DNA from: Myxococcales bacterium
GTDB lineage: Bacteria > Myxococcota > Myxococcia > Myxococcales > JAKAPL01
Direction of reading: 5' to 3'
Assembly (NCBI GenBank): GCA_021783235.1
Contig: JAJXUD010000001.1
Span: 170,580-234,579 of the forward strand
DNA: 64,000 nucleotides
Part shown: positions 1-10,919 of the stretch, in pieces
Layout of the letters: each line of letters begins with the position of its first letter
Numbering within the stretch: the stretch's first letter is position 1
The notes under the pieces: generated by a model
Databases searched by the model: none
Seen by the model: the letters and a program-made list of their open reading frames with translations, nothing else
Told to the model about the DNA's origin: nothing
Position numbers and translations under genes: made by a program

Positions 1-627
1 GAAGTTGCCGCCCCAGATGAAGGGCCACGGCTCGGCGGTGGGCAGCGGCCAGCCGCCGGCCGAGATCGAATTGCCCGAGCTCTTCTTCACCCAGGGCGCC
101 GGCGACCAGAGCGACCCGTAGAGCTTGAAGCCGCCCAGCCGTCCGGCGGCGGCCGCTCCGAGCTGGGCCACCAGCCCGGGCACCGCCTGCTGCGAGAAGT
201 CGAAGAGCTTCACGTTCTGGTCGATGTCGGGCCCCATCACGGCGATCGGCGCCGAGCAGCCGCCGAACGAGGTCGAATAGTCCGCGGCGCTCGTGTAGGG
301 GCGCGTGTTCGTGCCGGCGGGGCCGTCGTGGCCGCTCGTCGCGCTGTCGAGGTTCAGCGGCGCGGCCTGACCGAACCAGGGCGAGCAGTACCTCAGGGTC
401 GAGTACGGGGCCGCGAACGTCGGCGTGAGATCCATCCGGACGATCGACGCCTCGAGCTCGTCGAAGTAGAGGCTCTGCCACCAGGACTGCTGCGCCTCGC
501 TCCCGGACAGGCAGGTCCCGAAGCCGTCGATCGTCTGAAATCGGGTCGAGTCGTCGACGGTGACGGTCTGGCCGGCGGCGGCGACCGACAGCAGCAGCGC
601 CCAAAGGGCGAAAGAGAAGCGGAGCAT
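1..627 (-). CDS. Secreted glycoside hydrolase, GH30-like (partial; 3' end outside the window)
   Basis: ATG at 627 gives MLRFSFALWALLLSVAAAGQTVTVDDSTRFQTIDGFG...; signal peptide followed by the GH30-type 'Q-x-I-D-G-F-G' N-terminal motif. Not in the ORF track because it has no stop in the window. Confidence 0.6.
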   Translation of the reverse strand, partial: MLRFSFALWALLLSVAAAGQTVTVDDSTRFQTIDGFGTCLSGSEAQQSWWQSLYFDELEASIVRMDLTPTFAAPYSTLRYCSPWFGQAAPLNLDSATSGHDGPAGTNTRPYTSAADYSTSFGGCSAPIAVMGPDIDQNVKLFDFSQQAVPGLVAQLGAAAAGRLGGFKLYGSLWSPAPWVKKSSGNSISAGGWPLPTAEPWPFIWGGNF

Positions 628-675
628 GGCGAGGCAGACCTCCCGGCGCCGGTCCGATGGCCGGGCAGCGCCAGT

Positions 676-1809
676 CTACCCTCCGGTCGTCGGGGGGGCG
701 ACCGGCTGGACGGCCTGGCCGTCCTCGAGGTCCGTCGAGACGTTCAGCGCCACCCACTCGCCGCCCTTGAGGCCGCGCCGGACCTCCACCGTCGTGCCGT
801 CGTCGTCGCCGGTCTCGATGGCGACGAAGTGGGCGCGGTTGCCCTCGACGACCACGGTGAAGAGCCGGTCGCCCCGGCTCACGAGCGCCTCGGTCGGGAT
901 GATCGGGAACGGGTGGCCGTGGAGGCGGAGGCGGGCGTGCAGGAAGATCCCCGGGAGGATGCGGCCGTCGCGGTTGTCGACGTCGATCTCGGTCAGCATC
1001 GTCCGCGTGCGCGGGTCCAGGGCGCCGGCGAGCCGCGTCACGCTCGCCACGATGGGCCGATCGGGCTGGTCGTCCATCGTCAGCTCGACGGGATCGCCCA
1101 GCCGAACGGCCTGCGCGTCGTCCTGCCCCAGGTAGACGAAGACCCGCAGCCGCGCCGTGTCCTGGAGCTCGACGAGCGGCAGCGCGCTCGCCGCCGAGCC
1201 GGTCGCCGCCTGGAGCAGGTTCCCCGGGTCGGCGTAGCGGGCCGTGACCCGGCCGTCGAAGGGCGCCCGGATCTGCTCGTAGGACTGGAGCGCCAGCGCC
1301 TGGTCGAGCGCGGCCTTGGAGGTCTTCTCGGCGGCGTCCGAGAGATCGGCCTCCTGCTGGGAGATGAGCCGGCGGCGAAGCAGCTCGCGGTTGCGCTTCG
1401 CGACGAGGGCGTCGTTCTCCCGGGTGGCGCGGGCCGAGGCGACCGCCTGGTCGGTCTCGGGCGACTCGATGACCCCGAGGAGCTGCCCCTTGTGGACGAG
1501 GTCGCCCTTGTCGACCCGGATCTGCCGCAGGTAGCCCGAGACCTTCGCGTAGAGCGTCGCCTGGTCGAAGGGGTGGACGTCCCCGGGGAGCGAGACGACC
1601 CGGTCGATCGGCTTCGTCTTCACCTGCGCCACGAGCACGCGCGGGCCGGCCTCGACGAGCTGCCGGCGCGTCTGCCCCTCCTGCGCCAAGGCCGCCTGCC
1701 TCGTCGCCGAGAACGCGAGCGCCCCCAGGATCGCCGCGGCGCAGATCAGCCCCGCGCCGAGGTAGAGCGGCCAGGCGGAGCGACGCTTCTCTGTCTCGAT
1801 CTCAGGCAT
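676..1809 (-). CDS. RND efflux periplasmic adaptor (membrane fusion protein)
   Basis: N-terminal TM segment, 'AKVSGYL..I.VDKGD.V.KGQLL' lipoyl-like motif, 'IRAPFDGRV'; adjacent to the RND permease. Confidence 0.9.
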   Translation of the reverse strand: MPEIETEKRRSAWPLYLGAGLICAAAILGALAFSATRQAALAQEGQTRRQLVEAGPRVLVAQVKTKPIDRVVSLPGDVHPFDQATLYAKVSGYLRQIRVDKGDLVHKGQLLGVIESPETDQAVASARATRENDALVAKRNRELLRRRLISQQEADLSDAAEKTSKAALDQALALQSYEQIRAPFDGRVTARYADPGNLLQAATGSAASALPLVELQDTARLRVFVYLGQDDAQAVRLGDPVELTMDDQPDRPIVASVTRLAGALDPRTRTMLTEIDVDNRDGRILPGIFLHARLRLHGHPFPIIPTEALVSRGDRLFTVVVEGNRAHFVAIETGDDDGTTVEVRRGLKGGEWVALNVSTDLEDGQAVQPVAPPTTGG

Positions 1810-4800
1810 GCCGGGGCTCCAGGGGGACGTCGTCCTCGGCGCCCGTCGCCTCCCGTCCGAACTGGACGTCGAGCTCGTGCTTGGTCGGCGGCTTCACGCG
1901 CAGGAGGGTGTAGACGACCGGGACGATGAACAGCGTCGTGAAGGTGGCGACGAGGAGGCCGCCGATGACGGCGCGGCCGAGCGGCGCGTTCTGCTCGCCG
2001 CCCTCGCCGAGGGCGAGCGACATCGGCAGCATGCCGAGGATCATCGCGAGCGCCGTCATGAGCACCGGCCGAAGCCGCGTCCGGCCGGCCTCGAGCGCGG
2101 CCGCCATGGCGCCCTCCCGGTGCTCCGCGCGGAAATCGTTCGCGAAGTTCACGAGGAGGATGCTGTTCGAGACCGCGATGCCCACCGACATGATCGCCCC
2201 CATGAAGCTCTCGACGTTGAGGGTGGTGTGGGTGAGGGCGAGCATCCAGAGGATCCCGACCAGGGCCCCCGGCACCGCGACGATGATGATGAACGGGTCC
2301 ACCCACGACTGGAAGAGGACCACGAGCAAGAGGTAGACGAGGACCACCGCGAGGATCATGCCGAGCGCCAGGCTGCCGAAGCTCTCGAACATCGCCTGGC
2401 TCTGGCCCCGGACGGCGATGCGCGTGCCGCGGGGGAGGGTGCCGAGGCCGCGAATGGCCTTCTGGATGTCCGTGGCGACGCCGCCGAGATCGCGCCCCGC
2501 GACGCTCGACTGCACGTCGATGACCCGCTGGACGGTGTAGTGGTTGATGAGCGCCATGGCCCCGGTCGGCCGCAGGTCCGCCACGCTGCCGAGGTAGGGG
2601 CTCGTGTTTTGCTCGGGCAGCGGGCCCGAGGTGGTGGGCCCCGTCTGGGGCAGGGCAGCGCCGGCGAGCGGCGTCCCGAGCAGGTCGTGGACCGAGCGCA
2701 TCTGCGGCAGCGGCGTCTGGGCCGCGACGAGGTAGTTCACGTTGTTCTTCGGGTTCAGCCAGAACGACGGCGCCACGAGCCCGCTCGACGAGAGGGACGT
2801 GATGAGGTCGTTCGCGACCGCCTGCTCGCTGAGGCCGAGCTGGGCGGCGCGCGCCCGGTCGACCGACACCCGCAGCGCCGGGTAGTCGAGCACCTGGGGG
2901 ATGCGCACGTCGACCGTCCCGGGGATCTCCCGGATTCGGTTCGAGAGCCGCAGCGCGAGCTGGTAGCTCTGCTCGAGATCCATCCCCTCGATCTGGACGT
3001 CGATCGGCGCGGGGAGCCCGAAGTTCAGGACCTGGCTCACGATGTCGGCCGACTGGAAGTAGAGACTCGAGCCGGGGAAGTCGCGCCCGAGCTTCTCGCG
3101 GATCTTCGCCTCGTACTCCTCGGTCGGGTGGTGCTTCCCCTTGAGGGCGATCAGGACGTCGGCGTCCTGGCCGCCGATGTTGTCGGTCTGGACGAAGGCC
3201 AGGTTGTAGTAGGTCGGGATGCCGATGTCGTCGTTGATGGTCTCGAGCTCGTCGGGCGGGATGATGCCGCGGATCTCGCGCTCGGCCCGGTCGACCACGC
3301 GCTCGGTCTCCTCGATCCGCGTCCCCACCGGGGCCCGGAAGTGGAGCTTCATGATCCCCGCGTCGACCCGCGGGAAGAAGTCGAGGCCCACGCTCTTGCC
3401 GATCCAGAGGCTCGCGAGGACGAGCACGACCGACGCCCCGAGCACGAAGGCGCGCCGCTCGAGGCAGAGTGAGAGCGCGCGCGAGTAGGCGCCGCGGAGG
3501 CGCTCGAAGCCGCGGTCGCGCCAGGCGTTGAAGCGGCCCGCGAGCCCCTTCGGCTCCGCCCCCTCGTGGTGCAGCTCCTCCTTCTCCATCAAGAGCCGCG
3601 CGAGCGAGGGGACGAGCGTCCGAGAGAGCAGGTAGGAGGCGAGCATCGCGAAGACCACCGCGAGCGCGAGCGGGATGAAGAGGTACTTGGCGGCGCCCTC
3701 GAGCAGCCCCACCGGGAAAAAGACGATGCTGATGGTCAGGGTCGCGGCCAGCGCCGGCACGGCGATCTGCCGGGCGCCGTCGAGGATCGCGACGGTCAGC
3801 CGCTTCCCCAGCAGCCGGTTGCGGTGGATGTTCTCCACCTCCACCGTCGCGTCGTCGACGAGCATGCCGATGGCGAGGGAGAGGCCGCCGAGCGTCATGA
3901 CGTTCAGCGTCTGGTGGGAGAGGAAGAGGCCCGTCAGCGAGGCGAAGATCGCGAGCGGGATGGAGGTGGAGACGAGCAGCACGCTGCGCCAGCTCCCGAG
4001 GAAGAAGAGGATCATCAGGGAGACGAGCAGCGCCGCCACCAGCGCCTCGCGCAGGACGCTCGAGATGGCGGCGCGCACGAAGACCGACTGGTCGAAGTCG
4101 AGCTTGACCTCGAGCCCCTCCGGCGCCGTCTCCTTGATGATGGGGAGCATCTCGCGCGTCGCGTCCACCACCGCAAGGGTGGAGGCGTTCGAGTGCTTCA
4201 AGATGGCGAGGTAGGCGGCCCGCTTGCCGTCGACCCGGACGATGTTCTCCTGCACGGCGAAGCCGTCGTGGACGTGGGCGACGTCGCCCATGTAGACCGT
4301 GGCGCCGTTCACCACCTTCACCGGGAGCTGGTTGAACTCCTCGAGGAGGCGCGGGCTCGAGTTGAGCAGCACGTCGTACTCGGTGTTGCCGATGCGGGCC
4401 GTCCCGGCGGGGAGGATGACGTTCGACTGAAGCAGCGCCGTGACGACGTCCTGGGGCGAGAGCCCCTTCGCCGCGGCCTTCGCCGGGTCGATGTCCACCA
4501 TCACCTGGCGGCTCTTGCCGCCGAACGGGGCCGGGGTCGACAGGCCGGGGATGGTGAAGAGCCGGACGCGGATGAAGTTCAGGCCGTAGTCGAAGAGCTG
4601 CTGCTCGGAGAGCCGGTTGGAGGAGAGGGTGAGCTGGGCCACCGGCACGTTCGTCGCGCTGTACTCGACGACGTTCGGCGGCGTGATCCCGGGCGGCATG
4701 AAGTGGCTCGCCGTCAGCGAGACCGAGGTGATCTGCGCCATGGCGGCGCCGATGTCGGCCCCCTGCTCGAAGTAGACCTTGAGGATGCCGATGCCCGAGA

Positions 4801-5056
4801 TCGACTCGGACTCGATGCGCGAGATGCCGTTGACCGTGGTCGAGTAGGCGCGCTCCGAGATGAGCACGACCCGTCGCTCCATGTCCTCGGCCGAGAGTCC
4901 CGGGTAGGCCCAGACCACGATGACCACCGGGATGTCGATCTCCGGAAAGATGTCGACCGGCATCCGGGTGACCGCGAGGCCGCCCAGGATGAAGATCAAG
5001 AAGCAGAGGACCGCGACCGTGTACGGACGGCGGAGGGCGAGGCGGACGATCCACAT
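1802..5056 (-). CDS. RND efflux permease (AcrB/CusA family)
   Basis: 1084 aa; 'DIFPEIDIPVV', 'GMLVDDATVEVENI', 'RLRPVLMTALAMILGMLPM' motifs. Confidence 0.95.
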   Translation of the reverse strand: MWIVRLALRRPYTVAVLCFLIFILGGLAVTRMPVDIFPEIDIPVVIVVWAYPGLSAEDMERRVVLISERAYSTTVNGISRIESESISGIGILKVYFEQGADIGAAMAQITSVSLTASHFMPPGITPPNVVEYSATNVPVAQLTLSSNRLSEQQLFDYGLNFIRVRLFTIPGLSTPAPFGGKSRQVMVDIDPAKAAAKGLSPQDVVTALLQSNVILPAGTARIGNTEYDVLLNSSPRLLEEFNQLPVKVVNGATVYMGDVAHVHDGFAVQENIVRVDGKRAAYLAILKHSNASTLAVVDATREMLPIIKETAPEGLEVKLDFDQSVFVRAAISSVLREALVAALLVSLMILFFLGSWRSVLLVSTSIPLAIFASLTGLFLSHQTLNVMTLGGLSLAIGMLVDDATVEVENIHRNRLLGKRLTVAILDGARQIAVPALAATLTISIVFFPVGLLEGAAKYLFIPLALAVVFAMLASYLLSRTLVPSLARLLMEKEELHHEGAEPKGLAGRFNAWRDRGFERLRGAYSRALSLCLERRAFVLGASVVLVLASLWIGKSVGLDFFPRVDAGIMKLHFRAPVGTRIEETERVVDRAEREIRGIIPPDELETINDDIGIPTYYNLAFVQTDNIGGQDADVLIALKGKHHPTEEYEAKIREKLGRDFPGSSLYFQSADIVSQVLNFGLPAPIDVQIEGMDLEQSYQLALRLSNRIREIPGTVDVRIPQVLDYPALRVSVDRARAAQLGLSEQAVANDLITSLSSSGLVAPSFWLNPKNNVNYLVAAQTPLPQMRSVHDLLGTPLAGAALPQTGPTTSGPLPEQNTSPYLGSVADLRPTGAMALINHYTVQRVIDVQSSVAGRDLGGVATDIQKAIRGLGTLPRGTRIAVRGQSQAMFESFGSLALGMILAVVLVYLLLVVLFQSWVDPFIIIVAVPGALVGILWMLALTHTTLNVESFMGAIMSVGIAVSNSILLVNFANDFRAEHREGAMAAALEAGRTRLRPVLMTALAMILGMLPMSLALGEGGEQNAPLGRAVIGGLLVATFTTLFIVPVVYTLLRVKPPTKHELDVQFGREATGAEDDVPLEPRHA

Positions 5057-5160
5057 GGGAGTGGCCGCTCTTTAACGAGCGAAGCGACCGGCGTGCAACC
5101 GGAATTTCCGGCCGCCCGCCTTCCGGGCGGCGGTCCGGCGACCGCGCGGCGGCGGGAGGC

Positions 5161-8100
5161 TCAGCGGGGCGGCGTCTCCAGCTTCTCCCCCCTCAACACC
5201 ACGTCCTGATCGCCCCCGCGCGAGACCGCGAGGAGCGCCTCCCGCAGGGCGGCGTAGTCGGCGGCTTTCACCTCGACCAGCTTCGTCACGTAGCGGGTGG
5301 TGAGGAAGAGGCGGCTCCCCTCGACCCGCCAGGTCGCGTCGAAGTCGAAGAAGCGGTTGTCGAGGTGGAGCGGCTCCGGCAGCCGCGCCACCTCGAGGCC
5401 CGGCGGCAGGTCGTACTCCCAGTCGACGGCCTGGTGGCTCCTCGCGGAGAGCACGAGCGGCAGCTTGCGCGTCGCCTGCGAGGCGACCTGCTCGGCCCGC
5501 GGGAAGCCGCCGGGCCGCAGCAGGATCGCGTCGCCCTCGTGGCGCAAAACGTGGCTCGCCGCCACCGCGATCGACAGCTCGAGCGGCTTCGCCACCGCCT
5601 CGAGCCCCACCGCCTTCTCCGCCCCGGCGGGGGCGCCGCCGTCGAAGAGCCAGCGGCCCGCGAGGTAGTCGAACAGCCGCCGGCGGCTCGTCGGGTTGCG
5701 GTAGGCCGAGCGGAGCCCCTGCGCCGAGAGCCCCACCGCCTCGATCTGGACCGCGGCCCGGGCGCTGCCGTCGGGGGCGACCGCCACCTTCGCGTGGGTC
5801 AGCGTCTCGTCGTCGCCCGCGTCGGTGAACGGCGTCGTGATGAAGCGGAAGCCGCGCTGGCCGGGCGTGAGCACCATCGCCTCGACGCCCTGGTCCTGGA
5901 AGGGGAGGAAGCTCGGCCCGAGGTCGTCGGCGGTCAGATCGAGGAAGCGCGCCTTCGCGACGCCGCGCTGCTTCGGCAGGTAGGCGATGGCGTGGTTGTA
6001 CCAGGTGATCGGCACGTCCGGCACCGCGCCGGCGCCGCGGGTCCGCAGCGCCACGAAGTCGGCGTCGAGGCCGAGCCGGCGGGCCAGCGCGATGAAGAGC
6101 GTCGCCTTGTCCTTGCAGTCGCCGTAGCGCGAGGCGAGCACCCGCGCCGCCGGGTGGGGCCGCCAGCTGTAGACGCTCGTGTCGGCCTGGTTGTAACGGA
6201 TCTCCTTCTGGACGAAGCGGGCGAGCGCCGCGACCTTCGCCTCGGGGGTCGACAGGCCGGCCGTGAGCTCCGCCGCCTTCTGCGCGATCGCCGCGTCGCC
6301 CTCCACCTGGTCGTCGACCACCGCGTGCACGAAGGAGGCGACCCGGTCCCAGCCGGGCAGGGTGGAGGCGAAGACCGCGTCCTGCAGGTCCACCCAGGGC
6401 GGCGCCGCCGGCTCGGGCTCGAGCCGCGGCCGGTCGGTCTCGCTGAAGATCCGAACGTCCCGATCGCCCGCCCGCTCGTCCCTCTCCGCGATGGCGGCCC
6501 CGCGCTCGAAGAGCTTGAGGTCGCGGCCGTGCGGCACCGCCAGGATCCAGCGCTCGTCGATCGTCGGGTCGGCGTTGCCGAACGAGAAGTAGCCCCACCA
6601 GTCGTCCTGGGTCGCCGAGGCGCGCGGCTCGTCGTAGCTGTAGCGCAGCTCGACCGTGGAGCCCGGCGAAGGAGCGGGGAAGTGGAGCACGGCGCCGTCG
6701 CGAGAGCTCGACTCGCGCTCCAGCCCGTCGGGCGCGATGGTGCCCGCGTAGAGCAGCTTGAAGTTGTCCTGGGAGGCGATGCGCCGGTTGAGCCAACGGT
6801 CGGCGCCGACCTGGTCGAAGACCTTCGCGGCGACGTGGATGAAGTGGCGCGAGGAGCCGTCGTGGTGGACGTCGACGATCTCCTGCGAGAGCAGGACCAC
6901 GGCGTTGGCGCCGGGGAACGCCTCCGGCGTGGCCTTCCCGGCGCGCGCGAGGATGTCCGCGTGCGAGACCTCGTAGCGGTCGGCGACCGAGGCCCCGGGC
7001 GGCTCGAGCAGCTCCATGTGGTCGCGCAGCTTCGAGTCGGCGGGCGCGTGGCGCAGCGCCTCGCGGTAGTCGGCGAGCGCCGCGGCGGTCGAGCCGGCCC
7101 GCTCGTCGAGGTAGCCGGCGAGCCGGTAGGGGCCGTCCCACTGCGGGGCGATCGCCTCGACCTGCCCGAGCCGGCGCCGCGCCGTCGCGTCGTCGTGGCT
7201 CGCGGCCGAGAGCTTCGCGAGCCCGAGGAGATCGCTCACGTCCAAGGGGCGGCTCGCCATCCGCGCCTCGTAGAAGCGCGTCGCGTCGTCGGGCTTCGCG
7301 AACTCGCGCGAGAGGTCGATGAGGCCCGAGAGCGCGTCCCAGCCGTCCTGGTCGAGTTCGTGCGAGCGGCGGTAGAGATCGAACGCGCGCAGCGGCTCGT
7401 CGTTCGCCCGGGCCGACCTCGCGCGCAGCAGCGGCGGCGCCGCGAGCCCCGGATGCGCCGCCTCCTCCCGATCGAGCAGCCGCTCGCCCTCCACCCAGTA
7501 GCCCTTGTCGAGCCGGAGCGACGCGAGGAGGTCCAGCGCCTCGGGATCCTCGGGGCTCGCCGCGAGCGCCGCCTTCGCCATCTCCTCGGCCCGCTCGTCG
7601 AGCGACATCGAGCGGTACTCGAAGCCGCGCCGCGTGAAGGCCCGCGCGAAGGAGGGATCGAGCCGCGAGGCCTGCGAGAGCCCCGAGAGGCCGTGGTCGC
7701 GGTCCTCGTCGCGCAGCGCCGAGAGCGCCGCGCCGTAGGCGTAGAGCGCGGCCCGCGGCGCCGCCGTCCGCAGCGCCTCGAAGGCGGCGCGGGCCTTTCG
7801 GAAGTAGCCGAGATCGTAGAGCCGGGAGGCCCGCAGGTAGGCCGGGGGGAGGGTGAGGCCCGGATCGGCCGCGACCGCCGCCATCACGGGATCCTCGGGC
7901 GCCTTGGGCCAGGCCTCGTCCGGCCGCGCGGCCTCGAACCGGTGCGGCTCGGCGCTCGTGACGAGCCCCGGCAGCGGGGCGCCCGCCTGGTCCGTGAGCC
8001 GCAGCCCGACCGTCCAGTCGAGCGTCCGCTGCGCCACCTTGACGAGGAGCTGGTTCCAGCCCGCGTGGAGCCGGACCCCGGCGAGCTCCTGCTCGCTCGC

Positions 8101-8913
8101 GAAGGCGCGGGCGCTGTCGTCCGAGACGGCGAGCCGGCCGTTCAGCCAGACCTTCAGGTGATCGTCGGCGTCGGCGCGCAGGACCGCGTCCCCGGCCCGG
8201 TCGGCGTGGATCCAGGTCGCGAGGTAGGCGACGCCCCAGGTCGAGGGAAAGAGCAGGCAGCCGATGCAGACCCGGTCGCCACGCTGGACCGGCGGCACCT
8301 TCCGCCAGCCCACGTCCTCCTGCTTCCCCGGGAAGCGCCTCGCGAGGTCGATCTCCCGATCGAGGTCGTGCTCGGGGCCGTAGGCGACGTCGAAGCCCGA
8401 GTTCTGGTCGTTCTCGAACGGGCCGACGATCTGCCAGTCGACGACGCGACCGAGCGTGGCCCAGGCCTTCCGCGCGCCGTCCAGATCGCCCGACAGGAGC
8501 CGCGTCCGCGCCAGCAGATCGACCAGCGGGCCGCGCGCGGGCCTGGGCGTCTCGAGCTCCTTCGCCGCGATCCGCGCGATCCGCGTCGCCTCGTCGTGCG
8601 AGGTCCGCAGCCGCATCCAGCCGTCGAGCAAGAAGGCCGCCGCCGAAGGGCCGCCCAGCGCCGCGCGGTCCAGGTAGCGCTTCGCCGCGAGCGCCTCGTC
8701 GTCGAGCATCCAGTGGGCCAGGTACGAGAGTTCGAGCGCCGGCGCAGAGCCGGGGTGACGCCCGAGCTCGCCGTCCGCGAGCGTCGCCGCCTCGCGGGCG
8801 TTCGAGGCGACGAAGAGATCGCTCCAGGCCCGCGCGAGATCGGGCGAGAGTCCCGGCGGCGAGGAGGGGGCGACCGCGAGCGCGAGGGAGAGCGCGAGGA
8901 GCGAGGGGGCCAT
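5161..8913 (-). CDS. Secreted TPR + DUF3857/transglutaminase-like protein
   Basis: Signal peptide from MAPSLL (ATG 8913), TPR-like repeats, 'YGDCKDKATL' catalytic Cys motif and 'YNHAIAY'. Confidence 0.8.
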   Translation of the reverse strand: MAPSLLALSLALAVAPSSPPGLSPDLARAWSDLFVASNAREAATLADGELGRHPGSAPALELSYLAHWMLDDEALAAKRYLDRAALGGPSAAAFLLDGWMRLRTSHDEATRIARIAAKELETPRPARGPLVDLLARTRLLSGDLDGARKAWATLGRVVDWQIVGPFENDQNSGFDVAYGPEHDLDREIDLARRFPGKQEDVGWRKVPPVQRGDRVCIGCLLFPSTWGVAYLATWIHADRAGDAVLRADADDHLKVWLNGRLAVSDDSARAFASEQELAGVRLHAGWNQLLVKVAQRTLDWTVGLRLTDQAGAPLPGLVTSAEPHRFEAARPDEAWPKAPEDPVMAAVAADPGLTLPPAYLRASRLYDLGYFRKARAAFEALRTAAPRAALYAYGAALSALRDEDRDHGLSGLSQASRLDPSFARAFTRRGFEYRSMSLDERAEEMAKAALAASPEDPEALDLLASLRLDKGYWVEGERLLDREEAAHPGLAAPPLLRARSARANDEPLRAFDLYRRSHELDQDGWDALSGLIDLSREFAKPDDATRFYEARMASRPLDVSDLLGLAKLSAASHDDATARRRLGQVEAIAPQWDGPYRLAGYLDERAGSTAAALADYREALRHAPADSKLRDHMELLEPPGASVADRYEVSHADILARAGKATPEAFPGANAVVLLSQEIVDVHHDGSSRHFIHVAAKVFDQVGADRWLNRRIASQDNFKLLYAGTIAPDGLERESSSRDGAVLHFPAPSPGSTVELRYSYDEPRASATQDDWWGYFSFGNADPTIDERWILAVPHGRDLKLFERGAAIAERDERAGDRDVRIFSETDRPRLEPEPAAPPWVDLQDAVFASTLPGWDRVASFVHAVVDDQVEGDAAIAQKAAELTAGLSTPEAKVAALARFVQKEIRYNQADTSVYSWRPHPAARVLASRYGDCKDKATLFIALARRLGLDADFVALRTRGAGAVPDVPITWYNHAIAYLPKQRGVAKARFLDLTADDLGPSFLPFQDQGVEAMVLTPGQRGFRFITTPFTDAGDDETLTHAKVAVAPDGSARAAVQIEAVGLSAQGLRSAYRNPTSRRRLFDYLAGRWLFDGGAPAGAEKAVGLEAVAKPLELSIAVAASHVLRHEGDAILLRPGGFPRAEQVASQATRKLPLVLSARSHQAVDWEYDLPPGLEVARLPEPLHLDNRFFDFDATWRVEGSRLFLTTRYVTKLVEVKAADYAALREALLAVSRGGDQDVVLRGEKLETPPR

Positions 8914-9091
8914 CGACGGCGGGGACCATAGCAAGGCCAATGGCGGGCCGCGAGTCGAAGCGGCGCGCCCGCCCGCGCTCCTGACCCCGCGCGAAGCGTG
9001 GGGGAGGCCGGGCAGGGGACGTGCCGAGCGCGCAGCAGCCCGCCCGCCAGCTGCCTTGCAGCCGTGCCGGGCCCGGGACATGCTCGCCGCC

Positions 9092-9775
9092 ATGTGCGGC
9101 CGCATCGTCCAGGAGCTTCCCATGGCGGCGCTCACGGAGCTGTTCGGCCCCCTCGAGGGGCTCGCCGCCGTCGAGCCGCGTTACAACGTCGCGCCGACCC
9201 AGCTCGTCGCCGTCGTCCGCGCCGAGGGCACGGCCCGGACCCTCGCGCGGCTCCGCTGGGGCCTCATCCCCCAGGGCGCCCGCGACCCCGCCATCGGCGC
9301 GAAGCTCATCAACGCCCGCGCCGAGACGCTCTCCGAGCGCCCCGCCTACCGCGAGCCCTTCGCGCGCCGCCGCTGCGTCGTCCCCGCCTCGGGCTTCTAC
9401 GAGTGGAGGACGCGCGGCCAGCGGAAGACGCCGCTCTACTTCCACCGTGCAGACCGCCGGCCGCTCGCGCTCGCGGCCCTCTGGGAGCCGTGGCCGGGCG
9501 GGCCGGCGCCCGCGACCTTCACCATCGTGACCTGCCCCCCGAACGCCCTCCTGCGCCAGATCCACGACCGGATGCCCGCGCTGCTCCACCCCGACGGCCT
9601 CCGCGCCTGGCTCGACCCCGCCGCCGACCCCACCCGGCTGCGCGAGCTGCTCGTGCCGTACGAAGGCGAACTCGAGCAGCGGCCCGTGGGCCGCGCGGTC
9701 AACGACGTCCAGAACGACGGCCCCGACTGCGTGCGCGAGGAGATCGAGCGCGAGGTGCAGGGCGAGCTATTTTAG
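9092..9775 (+). CDS. SOS response-associated peptidase (SRAP/YedK/HMCES family)
   Basis: Starts MCGR; 'RYNVAPTQ', 'RWGLIP', 'INARAET', 'GFYEW', 'IHDRMP'. Confidence 0.95.
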   Translation: MCGRIVQELPMAALTELFGPLEGLAAVEPRYNVAPTQLVAVVRAEGTARTLARLRWGLIPQGARDPAIGAKLINARAETLSERPAYREPFARRRCVVPASGFYEWRTRGQRKTPLYFHRADRRPLALAALWEPWPGGPAPATFTIVTCPPNALLRQIHDRMPALLHPDGLRAWLDPAADPTRLRELLVPYEGELEQRPVGRAVNDVQNDGPDCVREEIEREVQGELF

Positions 9776-10180
9776 GGGGGGCTGCCGAGAGAACTCCCGA
9801 AGTGACACAGCTCCATGCGCCCGAGATCACGACTCCCTGGCAGTCGGAGCGCGACGCCGTCGCTTCGTGCGGGCGGGGCGGTGGGGTCGACGGCCGAGTG
9901 CGGAGCGCAGGCCGGGCCCCGGCGAGGGGGGCGGCCGCCAGGACCGCAGCGGATGACGGAGACCACGAGATTGGCGAGCCGTTGGTCCAGCCACTCGTCC
10001 CTCGTCTCGTGCGGACCGCACGGACGGCCCCCCGCCGGGTGGCCGGAGCGGAGCCCGAGGCCGGCGGCCCCACCGCCCCGCCCGCGCCTTCGAATGGTCC
10101 GGCTGAAGCGCTGCCTGTCGAGCCCCTTTCGCCGTTGCGAGTGTCAGGGATGTATTGACCTGTTCCTGTTGACCTGTTCC

Positions 10181-10720
10181 TCCCCGAGGGATCACGGGCG
10201 ATCCCCGAGGGATCACCGGCGATCCCCGAGGGATCGGCCATCGTCCCCGGGGGATCACGGGCGATCCCCGGGGGATCGGCCATCATCCCCGGGGGATCGC
10301 GGGCGATCCCCGGGGGATCGGCCATCGTCCCCGGGGGATCACGGACGATCCCCGAGGGATCGGCCATCGGCCCCGGGGGATCACGGACGATCCCCGAGGG
10401 ATCGGCCATCGTCCCCGGGGGATCACGGGCGATCCCCGGGGGATCGGCCATCGTCCCCGAGGGATCACCGGCGATCCCCGAGGGATCGGCCATCGTCCCC
10501 GAGGGATCACGGGCGATCCCCGAGGGATCGGCCATCATCCCCGAGGGATCACGGGCGATCCCCGGGGGATCGGCCATCATCCCCGAGGGATCACCGGCGA
10601 TCCCCGAGGGATCGGCCATCGTCCCCGGGGGATCACCGGCGATCCCCGGGGGATCGGTCGCGATCGAGCCTCCCTCGCCGCTCGTCGAGCCTCGCTCTCC
10701 GGCGATCGACCCTCCTTCGC
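10181..10720. repeat. 21-bp-period tandem array of near-palindromic units (core TCCCCGRGGGATC)
   Basis: About 23 cores spaced exactly 21 bp from 10181 to ~10655 with two recurring 8-bp linker types (ACGGGCGA-like, GGCCATCG-like), then about 3 degenerate units to ~10720. Confidence 0.9.
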
Positions 10721-10919
10721 CCGCTGTAGCGGCTCGCCGGTCGCGAATCGCGACCAGTGGTCGCGTTGTCGAACCCCCACCGGAGCGCCGCCGTCCAGTC
10801 GTTCTGGCCGGTTGCGGTTGGCATCGCGGCTGCAATTCCAGCCCGGCGACGCGCACGGCAAGGCCGGGCGGTCACTGCGGGATCTCCCCGCGGGGGTGGC
10901 GGATCGAAAGGAACGGCGC

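Noticed and set aside
10181-10655. CRISPR array
   Set aside because: The period is only 21 bp, the 8-bp linkers recur rather than being unique, and there are no cas genes.
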